The notes beneath the pieces are model-generated. The model did not search any database. It saw only the letters and a program-made list of their open reading frames with translations, and was not told where the DNA came from. Shown here piece by piece: positions 39,981 to 50,335 of a DNA stretch of 64,000 bases. The translations under genes and the position numbers were made by a program. Numbering within the stretch: the first letter of the stretch is position 1; each line of letters starts with the position of its first letter. The DNA comes from Muribaculaceae bacterium. Lineage in GTDB: Bacteria > Bacteroidota > Bacteroidia > Bacteroidales > Muribaculaceae. The stretch spans positions 2 through 64,001 of the forward strand of contig JAQVCR010000013.1 of the NCBI GenBank assembly GCA_028689665.1, given 5' to 3'.

Positions 39981-42554
39981 TTAATTATTAATGCCTAGTG
40001 CATTGTCTATTCTTATTATTATATCCTTATAATGATATTTTGTCGCGGTATCGGCTACCGACAAACTGCGTTTCATTAAATCTTTAATTCTTAATAATTC
40101 GCCTCGTTTCACCGAAATAGCATCGCTGGTGCGATTGATTTGACTTCCATAGAAACTCAACTCGCGACGTGCGCCCATTCTGTCACAATTGTCATGGTTA
40201 CAGAACGAATGCGAGCTATCGAAGAACCGGTCTTCAACGAGTTTTTTGTTAATTTTAATGCCTTCTGACGATGCTGCCGATGTGATAAGAGCGTCAATAA
40301 ATGCTTTTTGCAAGTTGCGAGTCATCACATCAGGGATTCTACCACTCTCGGTAGTAGCAAAAAATTGTTTATGTAAATCGTTTAATAGCTCAACAGCCGT
40401 ATATGCTTCTTTGCCATTTACCAGTTCATTTTCGAGCATCCTCATCAAGCGATAATTTGTCAATAAATCATACACAACATAAGCGACACAATTTTTATAA
40501 ACGTATGTTGGAGCGACCTCCACCATTCCCAGCGGTGTGTATTTGCGAAGATAAGTGTAGTTGGTAATATTTGTATCAAACAACCATGCCGGGAAAGTAA
40601 ACAATTCGTCGATTAAAAATTTCACTGATTCTTTCTGCTTTGCCTTTTCGACATAAGTATATGTTTTCTCGCCATCTCCTACCTCAGTATTCTCAATATA
40701 GATACCACCTACATTTGCCATTACATGATATAGATAATTGTTCCATTGATTAACAACCGAATAATATAGGCGTGAAGCATCTTTGTAGGTCTGCCCTTTT
40801 TCGCCCGTTGTAGTCCATTCTATTATGTGTGGCATTTCAAATTTCAAATTTGCTATACCATATTTTGATGACTTCACAGGATCGTTGCCTAAATCTTCAT
40901 TTTGAGCTCGCGGATCTACTGCATCGCGAGGATCTTGGGCTTCGCTATATTTATAAAGATTTCCTTTATGCTCCGACAATAGAGCGTGAAGATTCTCTTT
41001 TTCATCTTCCGGCTCAACATTGCCATACCAACGATAGCCATATTCTATTGCAAGATAATCATAAGGTCCAACGTGTGGTGCAACTTTTGTTACTCCATCA
41101 CCCGGTTGAGCTACATAATTATAGCGGGCATAATCCATAATTGATGATGACGTCGAATTAAGACGATCGGTAAATTCTTTAGAGCGCAATTGGTCGGTGG
41201 TAATAGCCCACGAACCCATCATATTATGGCGCAATCCTAGCGAGTGTCCCACCTCGTGGCACACTACAAATCTTATTGCATCGCCAATAATACTATCAGG
41301 CAATTCTGGTTTTCTTACATCGGGATTAATAGCACCGGTCTGCACTGTTATCCATTGTTGCAACATCGAAATTACATTGTGCCACCACATAATGTCGGCT
41401 TCAAGGATTTCACCCGAACGAGGGTCGAGCAATGAAGGTCCCATTGCATTCGACTTTGTCGATGCGGCATACATAATCTGCGAATAATTAACATCATCGG
41501 CATCTACAGCCATGCTATCAGTAAGCTCTTTAGCTATAATAGCATTCTTATATCCGATTTTCTCGAATGCTGCTTGCCACTCTTCGATACCTTCTTTAAG
41601 ATATTTGCGCCATTTTTTAGGTGTCGATCCGTCGAGATAAAATACTATCGGTTTTACCGGCTCTACCAACTCACCTTTAATATATGCTGCCTTATCGCTA
41701 GGCTCTAATCGCCAACGTGTAATAAAATTACGTTCATCTACTCGCTGTTGCGAATCGCTATAATACAGCATATCGGTAGTAAAATATCCTATTCGCGGCG
41801 AATCAAGGCGACCTCGCATTGGCGTCGTCGGCAATAAGACGATAGAAGAGCTTACTTCTAAGGTTATATTCACCGAGCTATTACCTTCGGTAACTTTAGT
41901 CGTTAATTCCGATATAGCTACCACATTGTCATTAAATGCTTTTATCGATTTTATTGTCGATAGATTTTTCTTTGCTGCCGTACCAAGATTGATGCTGTTA
42001 AATACATTATTTATGCTTGTATCTTCGCCATTGAAAACATCATTAACTTTTACGACTATTGTTGTCGAATCGCTATTGAAAGCTTCGATTTTAAACGACG
42101 TTATTAATGGTGAGATATAGTTGTCTTTTATCGAGCGAGTAATCGCATCATCGGCGGGAGATAGAGGCAATGGTCGAATTTGTCGAATATTTAGATTCTT
42201 CTTGTCGGCACTCATCTCAAACCAAATCATCTGATTCTCATAATTTGTACCACGGTTAACGCCTGCTTCATTTAATTCTAATGGAACTCTTGTGAGCTTA
42301 TTTACTACAAGCATATCGCGTTTTAATAACGACGATGGTATTTCAAAGTAAAAATCGCCTTTTTCCTTATAGACATTAAACAATCCCTTTGAAGCATTGA
42401 TACTATCTTTAGTCAATGTCTCATATTTAGTTTCAGTCTTCGTTTCCGACTTCTTTTTCTTCTTGTTCCAAAAAGCCGCCTCACATTCTAAAGTTGAAAA
42501 CGACATTGCTAACACAATTGCTACAGTTCCTAGTTCCTTAATATACTTCTTCAT
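39981..42554 (-). CDS. secreted zinc metalloprotease (met-zincin, DUF5117/DUF4953-type)
   Basis: The HEVGHSLGLRHN zincin motif and a signal peptide. Confidence 0.75.
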   Translation of the reverse strand: MKKYIKELGTVAIVLAMSFSTLECEAAFWNKKKKKSETKTETKYETLTKDSINASKGLFNVYKEKGDFYFEIPSSLLKRDMLVVNKLTRVPLELNEAGVNRGTNYENQMIWFEMSADKKNLNIRQIRPLPLSPADDAITRSIKDNYISPLITSFKIEAFNSDSTTIVVKVNDVFNGEDTSINNVFNSINLGTAAKKNLSTIKSIKAFNDNVVAISELTTKVTEGNSSVNITLEVSSSIVLLPTTPMRGRLDSPRIGYFTTDMLYYSDSQQRVDERNFITRWRLEPSDKAAYIKGELVEPVKPIVFYLDGSTPKKWRKYLKEGIEEWQAAFEKIGYKNAIIAKELTDSMAVDADDVNYSQIMYAASTKSNAMGPSLLDPRSGEILEADIMWWHNVISMLQQWITVQTGAINPDVRKPELPDSIIGDAIRFVVCHEVGHSLGLRHNMMGSWAITTDQLRSKEFTDRLNSTSSSIMDYARYNYVAQPGDGVTKVAPHVGPYDYLAIEYGYRWYGNVEPEDEKENLHALLSEHKGNLYKYSEAQDPRDAVDPRAQNEDLGNDPVKSSKYGIANLKFEMPHIIEWTTTGEKGQTYKDASRLYYSVVNQWNNYLYHVMANVGGIYIENTEVGDGEKTYTYVEKAKQKESVKFLIDELFTFPAWLFDTNITNYTYLRKYTPLGMVEVAPTYVYKNCVAYVVYDLLTNYRLMRMLENELVNGKEAYTAVELLNDLHKQFFATTESGRIPDVMTRNLQKAFIDALITSAASSEGIKINKKLVEDRFFDSSHSFCNHDNCDRMGARRELSFYGSQINRTSDAISVKRGELLRIKDLMKRSLSVADTATKYHYKDIIIRIDNALGINN

Positions 42555-42602
42555 AATTGCTAACTCAGCATTTTTTAGTTATAAAATCGCCATTTGCACC
42601 GA

Positions 42603-42610
42603 CAAATATA
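42603..42610 (-). promoter_or_regulatory. -7 box TATATTTG (minus strand) upstream of the protease-PUL operon
   Basis: Matches TAnnTTTG about 48 nt upstream of the ATG at 42554. A second match is at 42646-42653. Confidence 0.5.
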
Positions 42611-42836
42611 TGGCATATAATATTGAATTTTACATAAATAGGTTACAAATATAAAACAATTATTACGATAAATAGATACGCATACCCACATTTGTCATCT
42701 AAAATGGCAATTTTAATGTTTTTTTGAAGTTTTTCTGTACAAGTTTGGTACAAATTGTGCAATTTTAAACTATTAAGGTTACATTTTTACATTATCATTT
42801 ACATCTATGTCTTTATTATTATTTCTAAAAAAATGG

Positions 42837-42844
42837 TAACTTTG
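42837..42844 (+). promoter_or_regulatory. -7 box TAACTTTG
   Basis: Lies 30 nt upstream of the ATG at 42875. This supports the shorter start for the following ORF. Confidence 0.5.
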
Positions 42845-42874
42845 TGCCGAATAATTTCTAATATATCATTATTT

Positions 42875-43453
42875 ATGAATTCTAATTCTTTCAACTGGAT
42901 TTCGGCACCTTTTGTCGAGAACCTCACAAAAGAACTGATTAAGCTATGTACTCAAAAGGGGTTTCTTAACAACCAATTCTACAATATCGACGAGCTCAAT
43001 GCTTGCTGGCATAAATCGGCACCTCAATATATGGCCGATGCTGTACCCGAAATTCCTCACTACCCTACTGTCGCTATTGCGTGGGCTACTTTTTATGGCT
43101 TGGCAGCCGGCTCGTTGTGGGATTCTTGCTGGGAAACTGTCAAAGAAAAAGACGACTTATATTTATACCTTCGCAATGCTCGAGGATTTGACTGTCTCGA
43201 CGACTATGTGATTGAAGATATTCTTAAATTACTTCCCGAGAACCACACCAGAGCTAAGGAGCTGACTTCGCTTATCCAAGATTGCGCCGAAATTGCGCTT
43301 AATCTTATTAGAAAAGAAGGGATTGAGCCTCAGAGCATCGAGGCATTCCACATGTATGCTAAGACTACAGAGACAATGTTTAAACTAGGTGTTAGCCTCT
43401 CTCTATTCTCTTTAGGTTACAAATACGAGAAATTAAATCTTGATTTAAATTAA
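42875..43453 (+). CDS. hypothetical cytoplasmic protein
   Basis: The ORF is trimmed to MNSNSFNW. I did not recognise a family. Confidence 0.45.
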   Translation: MNSNSFNWISAPFVENLTKELIKLCTQKGFLNNQFYNIDELNACWHKSAPQYMADAVPEIPHYPTVAIAWATFYGLAAGSLWDSCWETVKEKDDLYLYLRNARGFDCLDDYVIEDILKLLPENHTRAKELTSLIQDCAEIALNLIRKEGIEPQSIEAFHMYAKTTETMFKLGVSLSLFSLGYKYEKLNLDLN

Positions 43454-43463
43454 ATCACAATTT

Positions 43464-43479
43464 TATATTTGTATATTTG
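43464..43479 (+). promoter_or_regulatory. two abutting -7 boxes TATATTTG-TATATTTG
   Basis: Both match TAnnTTTG and lie 30-38 nt upstream of the ATG at 43510. Confidence 0.5.
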
Positions 43480-43509
43480 TAAAATATTAACTCTTGCATT
43501 TTTAATATT

Positions 43510-43929
43510 ATGATTTATGTCCCTTTACACCCTATGGTGGTACACTTCCCAATAGCATTAGCTCTTGTAGCTTTTGCATTCGATGCCAGCTCATATTTTT
43601 ATAAAAAAATTTGGATAAAGCCTGCCTCGATAATACTCACTATCATTGCTTCTATTGGCGCAATTCTGGCTGTCGCATCAGGATTTCTTTCTACCGAAGC
43701 CGTCGCAGGCTATGCCTCTACGCTTAAAGATACACATGTTATGCTCGCTATAATCTCGTCAATACTACTAGCCATAACATCTGGCGTTGGAATTATGACT
43801 ATTAATGGATTCACCGATAAATCTAAAATATCTTATATCTTTTCTTTCTTATTATTTTTATCTGCGCTATCTATACTCATAACCGGATTTAAAGGTTCTA
43901 CAATAGTATATAGTGTATGGGCTTTCTAA
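43510..43929 (+). CDS. DUF2231-family integral membrane protein
   Basis: PLHPMVVHFPIAL signature and four TM helices. Confidence 0.6.
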   Translation: MIYVPLHPMVVHFPIALALVAFAFDASSYFYKKIWIKPASIILTIIASIGAILAVASGFLSTEAVAGYASTLKDTHVMLAIISSILLAITSGVGIMTINGFTDKSKISYIFSFLLFLSALSILITGFKGSTIVYSVWAF

Positions 43930-43940
43930 ACTAATTAATT

Positions 43941-44552
43941 ATGCGTTACTACATCATCTCTTTATTAATATTTCTAAGTATTCTATCTGCTTGCAACAAC
44001 AATAAAGAAGTTACCATTAACAACCTTAAAAAAATGGCGACTGCCGAATTTACGGCCTCTAAACAATATGCTGCTTTTGCCGAGCAAGCTTCGCGCGACT
44101 CTTTACTCGATATTGAGACTCTGTTTCGTGCAGCCTCGATGAGCGAAGCCATTCATTCGGCTAACCACATTAAAGCATTGCAGAAAATCGACAATATCAA
44201 ATTTCTTCCTACAATTGCCGATTACAAAATGACTGCAAGCACAATAGAAAATCTTTCTATTGCAATTAATAATGAGACTATTGAGTTCTCGTCAGCCTAC
44301 CCCAAATGTATAAAGGAGGCAGAAGGCATCGAAGATGCTCTAATTACTTTCAATTTTGCTCAAGACGCCGAAATAGCCCATAGCAAGATTTTTGCAGAAG
44401 CTCTTGCTAAATTAAATAATGGAGAAAAATCTTCATCAAAATATTGTATATGCAAAAGGTGTGGGTTGCTGTTCATTTTTAATGATGCTCCCAACAACTG
44501 TCAGCTATGCAATACTAGCAAAGCCGATTTCATTACGATACAAGCTAAATAA
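43941..44552 (+). CDS. rubrerythrin-like ferritin-fold protein with C-terminal rubredoxin-like CxxC...CxxC and a lipoprotein-type signal
   Basis: ExxH motifs (SEAIH, AEIAH), a CKRCG...CQLCN pair, and an N-terminal LSILSAC lipobox. Confidence 0.6.
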   Translation: MRYYIISLLIFLSILSACNNNKEVTINNLKKMATAEFTASKQYAAFAEQASRDSLLDIETLFRAASMSEAIHSANHIKALQKIDNIKFLPTIADYKMTASTIENLSIAINNETIEFSSAYPKCIKEAEGIEDALITFNFAQDAEIAHSKIFAEALAKLNNGEKSSSKYCICKRCGLLFIFNDAPNNCQLCNTSKADFITIQAK

Positions 44553-44564
44553 TTTCCCTTGTTT

Positions 44565-46193
44565 TTAAAATGGCGATGGTGAATTAATTATAATTCTTTC
44601 GCCTGTTATGGGGTGAGTAAATTCGATGCGCGAAGCATGAAGATGCATTCGCTTTTCTCCTTTCGTTCCATATAGTCTGTCGCCAACTATTGGTGCCGCT
44701 AATCCCTGATGATGTGCCGCATGCACGCGCAATTGGTGAGTACGACCTGTGTGTGGTTCAAATTCTATTAATGTATTATCACCTTCATATTTTATGACCT
44801 TAAAATAAGTCAAAGCATATTTTCCTTCTTCATGAGATACAATTTGTCGAGGGCGATTAATATAATCTCTTGCAAGTGGCAGCTCTATAATTCCTTCTTT
44901 CTGTTCAATTCGTGATGACAACAATGCTACATATCTTTTTTTTATCGACCTATCTTTAAAAAGACGTTGCATCATTTTATGCGTAGCCTTGTCTTTGGCT
45001 ATTAGTAAAATACCTGAAGTATCCATATCTAAGCGATGTACGATTGCAGGACCCGTAATGTCGGGATATTTTTTCATTACCTCTGTATATACCGATTTGT
45101 ATGTTAATCTGCCCGGCACACTCAACATTCCTTCATGCTTATTCACAGCCAATAGATAATTATCTTCATATATTATTTCTAACTCCTGTTCCGGTAAGGC
45201 TTGAGGCGTGCTATCCTCAATTTCAAGTCCGCGCATCATAAACGATAATATAGGAAAGCATTTCCCTATACAAGCATTATAGAAAGCCCCCGAATGTCTT
45301 ATTTCCTGTTTTGGAGAATCGCCTATCCAAAATTCAGCCATTGCTAGCGGAGAAAATGATTGGATATAGGCATATTGCAACATTTTAGGTGCCGCACAAT
45401 CGCCTGCTCCTGCGGGTGGAATGCCCTGTGGCGTGTCTTTAAAAATCTCAAGAAGATTTTTCTGTTCTCCTAGCGAATTATTTATTATATATGATTTAAA
45501 AATATCGAGTTGAGCTTGTAGCGATTTTTGCTTTCGCTCGTTCTTTAACTGCTCTATTTTTTCTTCGTAGCCCAACACTTCATTACAAATAATCTGTTGC
45601 CGGTCGTGAGCTCTACGCTTTTCTCGTTTTAATTCTGCTTTCTGATATTGGCTTTGCCTCTCTAATTCTTTTAATTCATCATCGGTCAACGACCTTGACG
45701 CCCTTAATTCTGCTCGTCGATTACGATCCGACTCATATTCCCTTTTTAGATTCTCAATATGTTGCCTCGCAACTATTATTGATTCTTCTAATTGATTCTT
45801 TAGTCCGATATAGGATTGTGAATTTTCCAGCTCTAATATTGCAGCATTAATCCTATTTAGTTTTTTCTCGGCGTGGGCAAAAGCACCATTTCTATCTAAT
45901 AAATTATAAATAGGTGGCACAAAATAGTCATAATCATTTTTATGAGCAATGTTACCCGAGAAGCCGGCTATAAATCCAATTGAATTATCTTCGCACTTTA
46001 CAACTAACACTCCAAGCATTTTACCCTCTTGAATCTTAGAATTTAATTGCTCATCGCTTTTGATATACTGCATAGTTTGCTCCTTTGCCATTACACACAA
46101 CTTGTGAGGTGTGTAATCGAATGGATTAGTAAACTTTTCAGGTAACGGTATACTTGAAATATTGCTATTGAATCTATGTAGTCGATTAGTCAT
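44565..46193 (-). CDS. RluA-family pseudouridine synthase with ~330-aa N-terminal extension
   Basis: HRLDMDTSGILLIAKD catalytic motif in the C-terminal third. The start could instead be at 46229. Confidence 0.75.
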   Translation of the reverse strand: MTNRLHRFNSNISSIPLPEKFTNPFDYTPHKLCVMAKEQTMQYIKSDEQLNSKIQEGKMLGVLVVKCEDNSIGFIAGFSGNIAHKNDYDYFVPPIYNLLDRNGAFAHAEKKLNRINAAILELENSQSYIGLKNQLEESIIVARQHIENLKREYESDRNRRAELRASRSLTDDELKELERQSQYQKAELKREKRRAHDRQQIICNEVLGYEEKIEQLKNERKQKSLQAQLDIFKSYIINNSLGEQKNLLEIFKDTPQGIPPAGAGDCAAPKMLQYAYIQSFSPLAMAEFWIGDSPKQEIRHSGAFYNACIGKCFPILSFMMRGLEIEDSTPQALPEQELEIIYEDNYLLAVNKHEGMLSVPGRLTYKSVYTEVMKKYPDITGPAIVHRLDMDTSGILLIAKDKATHKMMQRLFKDRSIKKRYVALLSSRIEQKEGIIELPLARDYINRPRQIVSHEEGKYALTYFKVIKYEGDNTLIEFEPHTGRTHQLRVHAAHHQGLAAPIVGDRLYGTKGEKRMHLHASRIEFTHPITGERIIINSPSPF

Positions 46194-46263
46194 AATGCTA
46201 TAAATCAAAGCCCTCACGCTATATAGCATGAAGGCTTTATATCAATAATTAATAATTGGTTAA

Positions 46264-47757
46264 TTACGCAAATTTACTCCAATCGGTTTTCGACATATCA
46301 CCCTCCTCTTTAAATGACTGATGGAATGCAAGTGCGGCAGATAGCTTATGAGGAGTCTGACCTGCCTTTGATAGTTTAAGATAATCACTAAGCAATTGTT
46401 TATACATTGGGTGTACACAATTTTCAATAATTGTCTCGGCACGTTGAACAGGATCTTTTCCTCTCAAGTCGGCAACGCCTTGATCTGTAATAAGCACATT
46501 CACCGAGTGCTCGCTATGGTCTAAGTGAGAAACCATTGGCACAATATTACTTATAAGTCCACCCTTTGTGATCGATGGGCAACTAAATATTGAAAGATAA
46601 GCATTGCGAGTAAAGTCGCCGGAGCCACCTATTCCGTTCATCATTTTTGTTCCGAGAACGTGAGTAGAATTAATATTACCAAATATATCGGCTTCGAGTG
46701 CTGTATTCATTGTGATAAGTCCTAATCGTCTTACGATTTCGGGATTATTTGATATTTCGCCCGGACGCATCAAGACTTTATCTTTAAAGAATTCTATGTT
46801 TTTGAAAAATTCGTGAGTTGCTTCATCACTGAATGATAACGAGCAAGTACTTGCAAATTTACATTTGCCACTCTCCATTAGTTTTAACACAGAATCTTGA
46901 ACCACCTCAGTGTACATCTCAAATGCAGGAATATCCTTGTTTTCGCCCAGACCGGCTAACACAGCATTTGCCACATTGCCCACTCCCGATTGCATTGGAA
47001 GGAAGCTCTTTGGAATACGTCCTGCTTTAAGCTCAGCGGTTAAGAAAGCACATACGTTCACTCCAATTTGCATTGTTGTCTCATCGAGTGGCGAGAAAGG
47101 TGCTACCTTACCGGCAAAGTCAACATTCACAATACCCACAATTTTAGCCGGATCAATATTCAATACCGGCGAGCCAATGCGGTCGCTAGGCTTATAAATT
47201 GGTATTTCACGACGATATGGAGGATCTAGTGGTAAATAATTATCGTGTAGTCCTCTTATGTTTGGCGAGATAGTAGAATTTAGCTCTATGATTATCTTAT
47301 CTGCAATTTTTGCTATTGTTGGAGTAATTCCAATTCCTGTGCCTAGTATAGCTTCTCCTTTATCATTGATTTCGGCTACTTCGATCACTGCAACATTCAG
47401 CTTTCCAAAAAAGCCATAGCGCAAATTTTGTGCTAATTCTGAAAGATGGGCATCGGCATAGTGTACTTCGTGCGAATTTAACGCTTTGCGCATATCTCCT
47501 TGCGATTGATATGGTGTACGGAAATTCACTGCGTTTGCTCTCGATAATTCACCATCTACATAATCGTTTGTCGAAGCTCCCGAGAATACATTAATTTTAA
47601 AAGGATTTCCTTTTTCGTGTTCTTTTCGTGCTTTCTCTGCAATTGCTACCGGTACTGTCTTTGGTGTTCCACAAGAAGTGAAACCAGAAAAGCCTACATT
47701 ATCTCCATTTTTTACAAATTCGGCTGCTTCTTGCGCCGAAATAAAAGGTATAGCCAT
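46264..47757 (-). CDS. acetyl-CoA hydrolase/transferase-family CoA transferase (succinate/propionate CoA-transferase-like)
   Basis: The length and the motifs GFSGFTSCGTPK and MNGIGGSGDF are typical of the family. Confidence 0.75.
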   Translation of the reverse strand: MAIPFISAQEAAEFVKNGDNVGFSGFTSCGTPKTVPVAIAEKARKEHEKGNPFKINVFSGASTNDYVDGELSRANAVNFRTPYQSQGDMRKALNSHEVHYADAHLSELAQNLRYGFFGKLNVAVIEVAEINDKGEAILGTGIGITPTIAKIADKIIIELNSTISPNIRGLHDNYLPLDPPYRREIPIYKPSDRIGSPVLNIDPAKIVGIVNVDFAGKVAPFSPLDETTMQIGVNVCAFLTAELKAGRIPKSFLPMQSGVGNVANAVLAGLGENKDIPAFEMYTEVVQDSVLKLMESGKCKFASTCSLSFSDEATHEFFKNIEFFKDKVLMRPGEISNNPEIVRRLGLITMNTALEADIFGNINSTHVLGTKMMNGIGGSGDFTRNAYLSIFSCPSITKGGLISNIVPMVSHLDHSEHSVNVLITDQGVADLRGKDPVQRAETIIENCVHPMYKQLLSDYLKLSKAGQTPHKLSAALAFHQSFKEEGDMSKTDWSKFA

Positions 47758-47784
47758 TTTTTTTAAAATATTATTTTTAGGTTA

Positions 47785-48186
47785 TTAGAATTTAGTTTTT
47801 AATATTTCACTAGCAATAATTGCTTTACGCCACTCATTACGAGCCGGTATATCGCTATGTCGCTCTATAAAATTATCATCTGTGATGTCTTTTGGTAATT
47901 CTTTTTCAAGTGCTGTATCTACCCCATCTTGCCATTTATATTCACCGACACTCGATGTATTATAATTGCTTATCTGCTCGGTGATAGTCAGTGATGGCTT
48001 CTTTGTCTCACATATCGTATCTTCTAGATCTTCAATTGTGTCGCCTGAAGTATCTACTTTGTCGGTAAATATATCTATTGGGCGAACAACAACTCGCTTT
48101 TGTGGCACTTCTTTCTTCTTTGTTAAAGCACTTATCAAAATGCCTATTATCACTAGCACTCCCGCTATTATTTCGTTTGGTTCCAT
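47785..48186 (-). CDS. hypothetical single-pass membrane protein
   Basis: One N-terminal TM helix. I did not recognise a family. Confidence 0.4.
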   Translation of the reverse strand: MEPNEIIAGVLVIIGILISALTKKKEVPQKRVVVRPIDIFTDKVDTSGDTIEDLEDTICETKKPSLTITEQISNYNTSSVGEYKWQDGVDTALEKELPKDITDDNFIERHSDIPARNEWRKAIIASEILKTKF

Positions 48187-48380
48187 ATATCAAACATATT
48201 TATCCCCAAAATTAATTATTTAATTAACAACGAGCAAAAAAAACTACCATAAATAAGAAAAGTAATCGTTTAACTCGAAAATCAACTAAAAAGCACTGTA
48301 TCAGCCAAAATAAATCGAGCTTTTTCAATTATATTATTAAATAAATAGCTGAACATTATAGAAATTAGCAAAATTTTACC

Positions 48381-48388
48381 TATCTTTG
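48381..48388 (+). promoter_or_regulatory. -7 box TATCTTTG upstream of DEAD-box helicase
   Basis: Matches TAnnTTTG 58 nt upstream of the ATG at 48447. Confidence 0.55.
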
Positions 48389-48446
48389 TCCCCTTATTTG
48401 AATGCCATAAATGAATATGGCGTGAAAAATTATTTTTTGATTATAG

Positions 48447-50333
48447 ATGAAAACATTTGAAGAATTAGGAGTCCGTGAGGATCTATTAAAAGCTATAGCC
48501 GAATTAGGCTTTGAAGCGCCAATGCCTGTACAAGAAAAAGTTATCCCTCATTTATTAAATGGTGATACCGACGTGGTGGCATTAGCTCAGACAGGAACCG
48601 GGAAAACCGCCGCTTTCGGCTTGCCGGTAATACAACGAATTGACGTTAAAAAAAGATGCCCTCAAGCATTAATATTATCTCCTACGCGTGAGCTTTGCTT
48701 ACAGATTGGTAGCGACTTAGCCGACTTTTCTAAGTATATCCCAGAATTAAAAGTACTTCCTGTATATGGAGGTTCGAGTATAGAGAGCCAAATAAGGACT
48801 CTTAGACAAGGAGTGCAGATCATTGTTGCAACTCCGGGACGTCTTATCGACTTAATTAATCGCCGAACAGTGTCGCTTGAAAACGTACATACTGTAATAT
48901 TAGACGAAGCCGACGAGATGCTAAATATGGGATTTTTAGATAGTATCGATGATATATTATCTCACGTTCCAGAGAATAGAAAAATGCTGTTCTTCTCGGC
49001 TACTATGCCGGCGGAAATAGCTAAAATATCTAAAAAATATATGCACAACCCCGAAGAATTTGTTATCGGGACAAAGAATGAAGGAGCGGCTAACGTGAAG
49101 CACATATACTTTATGGTGCAGGCTAGAGATAAATATCTTGCCCTTAAACGTATTGCCGACAACAACCCCAGCATATATGGTATAATATTCTGCCGTACTC
49201 GTCGCGAAACTCAAGAAATTGCCGACAAGCTTATCGAAGACGGATACAATGCCGATTCTCTTCATGGCGAGCTTTCGCAAGCACAACGTGATACTGTGAT
49301 GAAGAAATTCCGCGAACGAAATTTACAATTACTTGTTGCTACCGATGTAGCTGCTCGCGGACTTGACGTTAACGACTTGACTCACGTTATTAATTATGGT
49401 TTACCCGACGATATAGCTACATACACTCACCGTAGTGGACGTACCGGTAGAGCAGGCAAAACCGGAGTGTCGGTGGCAATTATCCACTCTCGCGAGAAAA
49501 GCCGTCTTAAAGATATTGAAAGAAAAATAAGCAAACAATTTGAGCATAAAGAAGTTCCTACTCCTCAACACATTATTGAGAAACAACTTTACAGCCTTGC
49601 CGACAGAATAGAAAAGGTAAAAGTAAACGAAGAAGAAATTGCTAAATACCTGCCCGGAGTAATGAAAAAGCTCGAATGGCTTAGCGGTGAAGACTTGCTT
49701 AAACGCGTTCTTTCACTAGAATTTAATCGTCTTATCGACTACTATAAAGATGCTCCTGTGCTTGATATTATATCTAACGATTCTCGCGGCGACAAGAGAA
49801 ACAAGAGCGATCGCAATAGTGATCGTGGCGGAGATCGTGGCGGAGACAGAAGTCTTGAAGATAAAGACCGCCGAACAGCCGACAAGGGATATGAACGCAT
49901 ATTCATCAATCTTGGTAAATCTGACGGATTCTTTGCTCCAAACTTGATTGAGCTTCTTAATAAAAATATTCATGGTGGCAGAGTAGACTTAGGACGTATC
50001 GACTTACTATCAGGATATTCACTTTTCGATGTACGCAAATCAGATGCCTCAAAAGTAATTTCAGCCTTGAAACAGGCCGATTTCTATGGCAAACGTATAT
50101 ATTCTGAAATTGCTGAAGCCGACAAGAACTATGCTGCCGAAAATAAAGGCAAACGCCGTAGCACACGGAACGAAGATATGCGTAAAAAGGCAACTTCAGG
50201 AGCGGGCGACCGTCGCAAGAGCAGCCGTCGCGATGATTTTAAAGAACGCGACAGAAAACCTCGCGGTGAGAAACCAGCTTACGGAAATTACGAATCGTTC
50301 AATAACAAAAAAAACAAAAAAGGTAAAGAATAA
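48447..50333 (+). CDS. deaD: DEAD-box ATP-dependent RNA helicase (DeaD/CsdA-like) with DbpA-type RNA-binding domain and basic R/K/D-rich tail
   Basis: AQTGTGKT, DEAD, SAT and HRSGRTGRAG motifs. Confidence 0.85.
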   Translation: MKTFEELGVREDLLKAIAELGFEAPMPVQEKVIPHLLNGDTDVVALAQTGTGKTAAFGLPVIQRIDVKKRCPQALILSPTRELCLQIGSDLADFSKYIPELKVLPVYGGSSIESQIRTLRQGVQIIVATPGRLIDLINRRTVSLENVHTVILDEADEMLNMGFLDSIDDILSHVPENRKMLFFSATMPAEIAKISKKYMHNPEEFVIGTKNEGAANVKHIYFMVQARDKYLALKRIADNNPSIYGIIFCRTRRETQEIADKLIEDGYNADSLHGELSQAQRDTVMKKFRERNLQLLVATDVAARGLDVNDLTHVINYGLPDDIATYTHRSGRTGRAGKTGVSVAIIHSREKSRLKDIERKISKQFEHKEVPTPQHIIEKQLYSLADRIEKVKVNEEEIAKYLPGVMKKLEWLSGEDLLKRVLSLEFNRLIDYYKDAPVLDIISNDSRGDKRNKSDRNSDRGGDRGGDRSLEDKDRRTADKGYERIFINLGKSDGFFAPNLIELLNKNIHGGRVDLGRIDLLSGYSLFDVRKSDASKVISALKQADFYGKRIYSEIAEADKNYAAENKGKRRSTRNEDMRKKATSGAGDRRKSSRRDDFKERDRKPRGEKPAYGNYESFNNKKNKKGKE

Positions 50334-50335
50334 TT

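Noticed and set aside
36703-42554. Numerous antisense or alternative-frame ORFs inside large genes. Examples are 38001-38318, 39254-39610, 40189-40455, 41197-41487, 12240-12602, 14249-14665 and 46910-47197.
   Set aside because: They are fully embedded in strongly supported genes on the other strand or frame. Their composition mirrors the host gene, and no independent signals support them.
48191-48198. A TATGTTTG (-7-box-like) match on the minus strand only 5 nt upstream of the ATG at 48186.
   Set aside because: The spacing would imply a leaderless transcript starting inside the start codon. This is too uncertain to call as a promoter.
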